A DNA stretch of 64,000 nucleotides, taken from assembly GCA_039190745.1 (NCBI GenBank), contig JBCCXZ010000013.1:1-64000 (forward strand), written 5' to 3'. The notes beneath the pieces were generated by a model. That model was not told the DNA's origin and ran no database searches. It worked only from the letters and a program-made list of their open reading frames with translations. Both the position numbers and the translations under genes were made by a program. Shown in pieces: positions 61,288 to 64,000 of the stretch. This stretch comes from Planctomycetota bacterium. GTDB taxonomy: Bacteria > Planctomycetota > Planctomycetia > Pirellulales > Lacipirellulaceae. Within the stretch, counting starts at the first letter, position 1; the number at the start of each line of letters is the position of its first letter.

Positions 61288-62093
61288 GCCGCTCTCCTTA
61301 TGCTCTCTCGTCCCCGGCCGTGCCGACCTTCCTGCTGGTGTTCGATGAACCCGAGCAGGCGGCCGACCTCGTCGGTGAGTTGACCTTGTGCTTTCAGCAA
61401 CTCCGTCGCGTGCGTGAGCCCCACCTTCGAGCGGTAGAGCAGCCGGTGCGCGGCGGCCAAAGAGTCGATTGACGCAGGAGAAAAGTGGTTTCGTTTGAGG
61501 GCCACGATGTTGATGCACCGCGGCCTGGCCGGCAGGCCCTCGACCAGCATGTAGGGGGGCACGTCGTGCAGTGCGCGGCTGAGCCCGCCCAGGAAGCTGT
61601 AGCTGCCGATCGAGACGAAGTGGTGCACCGCGCAGCCGCCCGAGAGCGACGCGTGGTCGGCCACGTGCACGTGCCCGGCCAGCAGGGTGCCGTTGGCGAT
61701 GATGATGTGGCTGCCGAGTTTGCAGTCGTGCGCCACGTGGCAGTTGGCCATCAAGAGGTTGTCGTCGCCCAGGCGGGTGACGCCGTCTTCTTTTTCACTG
61801 CCGCGGTTGATGGTGACGCCTTCGCGGAGGGTGTTGCGGTCGCCGATGTCGACCCGGGTGTCGCCGCCTTGGTAGCTGATGTCCTGCGGCTCGGCCCCGA
61901 CCACGACATTGGGGTACAGGACGTTGTCGGCTCCTAGCGCGACGCGCCCCATCAGATTGACGTTGCTGATGAGCCGGGTGCCTCGACCGATGCGCACCTC
62001 CGGGCCGACCACGCAGAACGGGCCGATCTGCACGTCTTCTTCGATGACGGCTCTCGGGTCGACCCAGGCGGTGTTGGCTATGCTCGCGGTCAT
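61284..62093 (-). CDS. lpxA: Acyl-ACP--UDP-N-acetylglucosamine O-acyltransferase
   Basis: Hexapeptide repeats, 'GAEPQD', 'REGVTINRG', 'HVAHDC', 'LAGHV', 'DVPPY'. Confidence 0.95.
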   Translation of the reverse strand: MTASIANTAWVDPRAVIEEDVQIGPFCVVGPEVRIGRGTRLISNVNLMGRVALGADNVLYPNVVVGAEPQDISYQGGDTRVDIGDRNTLREGVTINRGSEKEDGVTRLGDDNLLMANCHVAHDCKLGSHIIIANGTLLAGHVHVADHASLSGGCAVHHFVSIGSYSFLGGLSRALHDVPPYMLVEGLPARPRCINIVALKRNHFSPASIDSLAAAHRLLYRSKVGLTHATELLKAQGQLTDEVGRLLGFIEHQQEGRHGRGRESIRRAA

Positions 62094-62148
62094 CGCGGCG
62101 GGCTCAAGCGTTTCTAGGGGGGGTGGGTTTCGTGTGGTCGGCTGGCCG

Positions 62149-63021
62149 CTAGGCCGCTCGGGTGTTGATCTCTTGTTGCGCAGCGGACCGTAGTTTGGCA
62201 GCGAGCTCGGCGTTGAGCTTGTGCCCGCTGCGGCTGGCGATCACCCGCGCACGCAGGTCGAGCCCGGCCAGCGCCAGGTCGCCCACCACGTCGAGCGTCT
62301 TGTGCCGGGCGCACTCGTTGTCGAACCGCAGCGTGTTGCCGATCAGGCCGGAGTCTCCGAACACCAGCAGGTCGGTCGGTTTGACGTGCGTGCCCAGCCC
62401 CTGATCGATAAGCGTCTGGGCGGCGGACTTCAGCAGGAATGTTCGGGCTGTCGAGATCTCCTTGCGGAAAACGCTCGGCGTGATCTCGGCAGAGTACGAC
62501 TGCTTGGGCACGCCCGACCCGCGGGGGTACTCCAGGCGGAACTCGGCGGAGAAGCCGCCGGATTCGTGCGGCCGGGCCTCGACCCAGGCGTCGCCGCTCT
62601 CGACGCGGAACGTCTCACGGACCTCGTAGAGACGCGTCGCGGCGTCTTGTTCGACGACGCCGACCGCGTCGATGGCGTCGACGAACACCGAGGCCGAGCC
62701 GTCCATCCCCGGCGCTTCGGGCCGATTCATCCAGATCTCGCAGTTATCGATCCCTAGCCCGTAGGCGGCGGCCAAGAGGTGCTCGACCATTTGCACCTGA
62801 ACACCCCCGGTTTCGAGGTTGGTGCGTCTGGGCACGTCCACTCGGTGAGCAGCGTCGGCGGGCACTCGTGCCCCGGGCCCCAGGTCGTCGCGGACAAAGA
62901 CGATACCCGCCCCGGGCTGGGCCGGGCGGAACCGGACCGTTACCCGTTGGCCAGACCAGTAGCCGTGGCCGTCCACCGCCACCTCGCCGCCGAGTGTACG
63001 CTGCTTGCGTGACTGGACCAT
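62149..63021 (-). CDS. lpxC: UDP-3-O-acyl-N-acetylglucosamine deacetylase
   Basis: 'QRTL', 'VEHLLAA', 'PGMDGSA', 'ARTF', 'RHKTLDVVGDL', 'SGH'. Confidence 0.93.
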   Translation of the reverse strand: MVQSRKQRTLGGEVAVDGHGYWSGQRVTVRFRPAQPGAGIVFVRDDLGPGARVPADAAHRVDVPRRTNLETGGVQVQMVEHLLAAAYGLGIDNCEIWMNRPEAPGMDGSASVFVDAIDAVGVVEQDAATRLYEVRETFRVESGDAWVEARPHESGGFSAEFRLEYPRGSGVPKQSYSAEITPSVFRKEISTARTFLLKSAAQTLIDQGLGTHVKPTDLLVFGDSGLIGNTLRFDNECARHKTLDVVGDLALAGLDLRARVIASRSGHKLNAELAAKLRSAAQQEINTRAA

Positions 63022-63134
63022 CTACCAACCATCCCTGCGGCCGCCGCGCGAAGAAGCGGGCGGGGCCGCGGAAGCATCCGGGCAACACCGGCCCGGCCTA
63101 TCTCGACCGGGCCCCAATAGGGCAGAGCGACCGT

Positions 63135-63773
63135 CTAGCGGGTCTGTCCGCTCCCGGGCTGGTTGGCAACGCGACGGTTCAGCAGCGCCAGGATGTCCGG
63201 AGTGATGTCCACGTTGTTCTGGAAAACCACCGGCTTGTTGATCCCGCGTAGCACGTCCTCGCGGCGGTTCGGGTCGACCTGCTCGCCGTTGAAGCGGAAG
63301 ACCAGCCCGATGTTGTTCTGCTGCGCGAAGTAGCTCACCGCGTTGTTCACTTCGAGGTAGGTTTGGTAGTAGACCTTGGCCTCTTTCTCGATGATGTCCT
63401 TCTGAGCACGCTGCAGCTTGAGGGTGAACTCAGCCTTCATGCGGGCGATGTCTTCGTCCGCCTGGCGGAACTCGGGCGTCCCGGCGTTGAACTGCCCCTT
63501 CTCGGCCTCCTTGGCCTGGATCGCGTCGCGCTCGCCCTTGAGGCTCGTGTCGGCGGTCTCCTTCTCGGTCTTGAGGGCCTTCATCTTCGCGTCGAACGCC
63601 TGATAGTTCTTGAAGATGTACGGCACGTCGACCACGGCGATGCCGAAGCGGTTGGCGTTGGCGCCAGCGGAGTTCTGCTGTGCCTGGGCCGGGAGGGAGG
63701 TGAAAAGCCCGAGAGCGAAAAGCCCGAGGGTATAAGGTCCGAGGACCTTGGCGGGGACCATCAGAGTCTTCAC
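63135..63773 (-). CDS. skp: OmpH/Skp family periplasmic chaperone
   Basis: Signal peptide, 'IAVVDVPYIF', coiled coil, 'VDITPDILALLN'. AAGGAG RBS. Confidence 0.85.
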   Translation of the reverse strand: MKTLMVPAKVLGPYTLGLFALGLFTSLPAQAQQNSAGANANRFGIAVVDVPYIFKNYQAFDAKMKALKTEKETADTSLKGERDAIQAKEAEKGQFNAGTPEFRQADEDIARMKAEFTLKLQRAQKDIIEKEAKVYYQTYLEVNNAVSYFAQQNNIGLVFRFNGEQVDPNRREDVLRGINKPVVFQNNVDITPDILALLNRRVANQPGSGQTR

Positions 63774-64000
63774 GTCAGCACTCCTTGCTGAAATCGGTCG
63801 TCCTGACCGGCGTCATGGGACCCGCTCGCCACGGCGTGGCGCCGCTGTTTCGGGCGGCGGGAAAAATTGCGGCGAGTATTCTGCCGACGGGCCCTCTCCC
63901 CGTAAAGGGCACTTCCGCCCTGGGGAGAAACGCACTTCGTTTCCGCGCCATGAGGTGGGAAGCCGCCACCGCGTCGCGCCAACCTGCACGCACTACGCAA

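Overview
GC-rich bacterial chromosomal window, most likely from a planctomycete. This assignment is inferred from the PEP-CTERM/dockerin-like protein, the PQQ-like beta-propellers, the membrane Ser/Thr kinase and the gene order. About 58 CDS are supported. They are mostly housekeeping: dcd, nth, folE, moaD-moaE-moaA, HU/IHF, pyrD-trpS-acpS, topA, glgB and skp-lpxC-lpxA. I found no rRNA, tRNA, CRISPR array, transposase or prophage gene. Most notable: (1) a self-contained type II FAS/PKS-like cluster (fabF-acp-two CrtI/phytoene-desaturase-family oxidoreductases-fabZ-fabI) with an orphan OleA-type condensing enzyme about 2 kb away, a candidate uncharacterised lipid/hydrocarbon pathway; (2) several distinct families of small intergenic palindromic or periodic repeats (GTAG/GTGG REP doublets with compensatory base changes, a second REP-like doublet, and 7-, 8- and 10-nt periodic inverted repeats), some nested and some carrying gene stop or start codons; (3) three enzymes with substituted catalytic residues (FolE Cys->Arg, PuuD-like Cys->Gly, RNase H-like); (4) an acylphosphatase-ABC permease read-through ORF, a stand-alone MshEN-like protein and an SSB-tail-like C-terminus on TopA. 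All functional calls come from motif recognition by eye; no database search was run.
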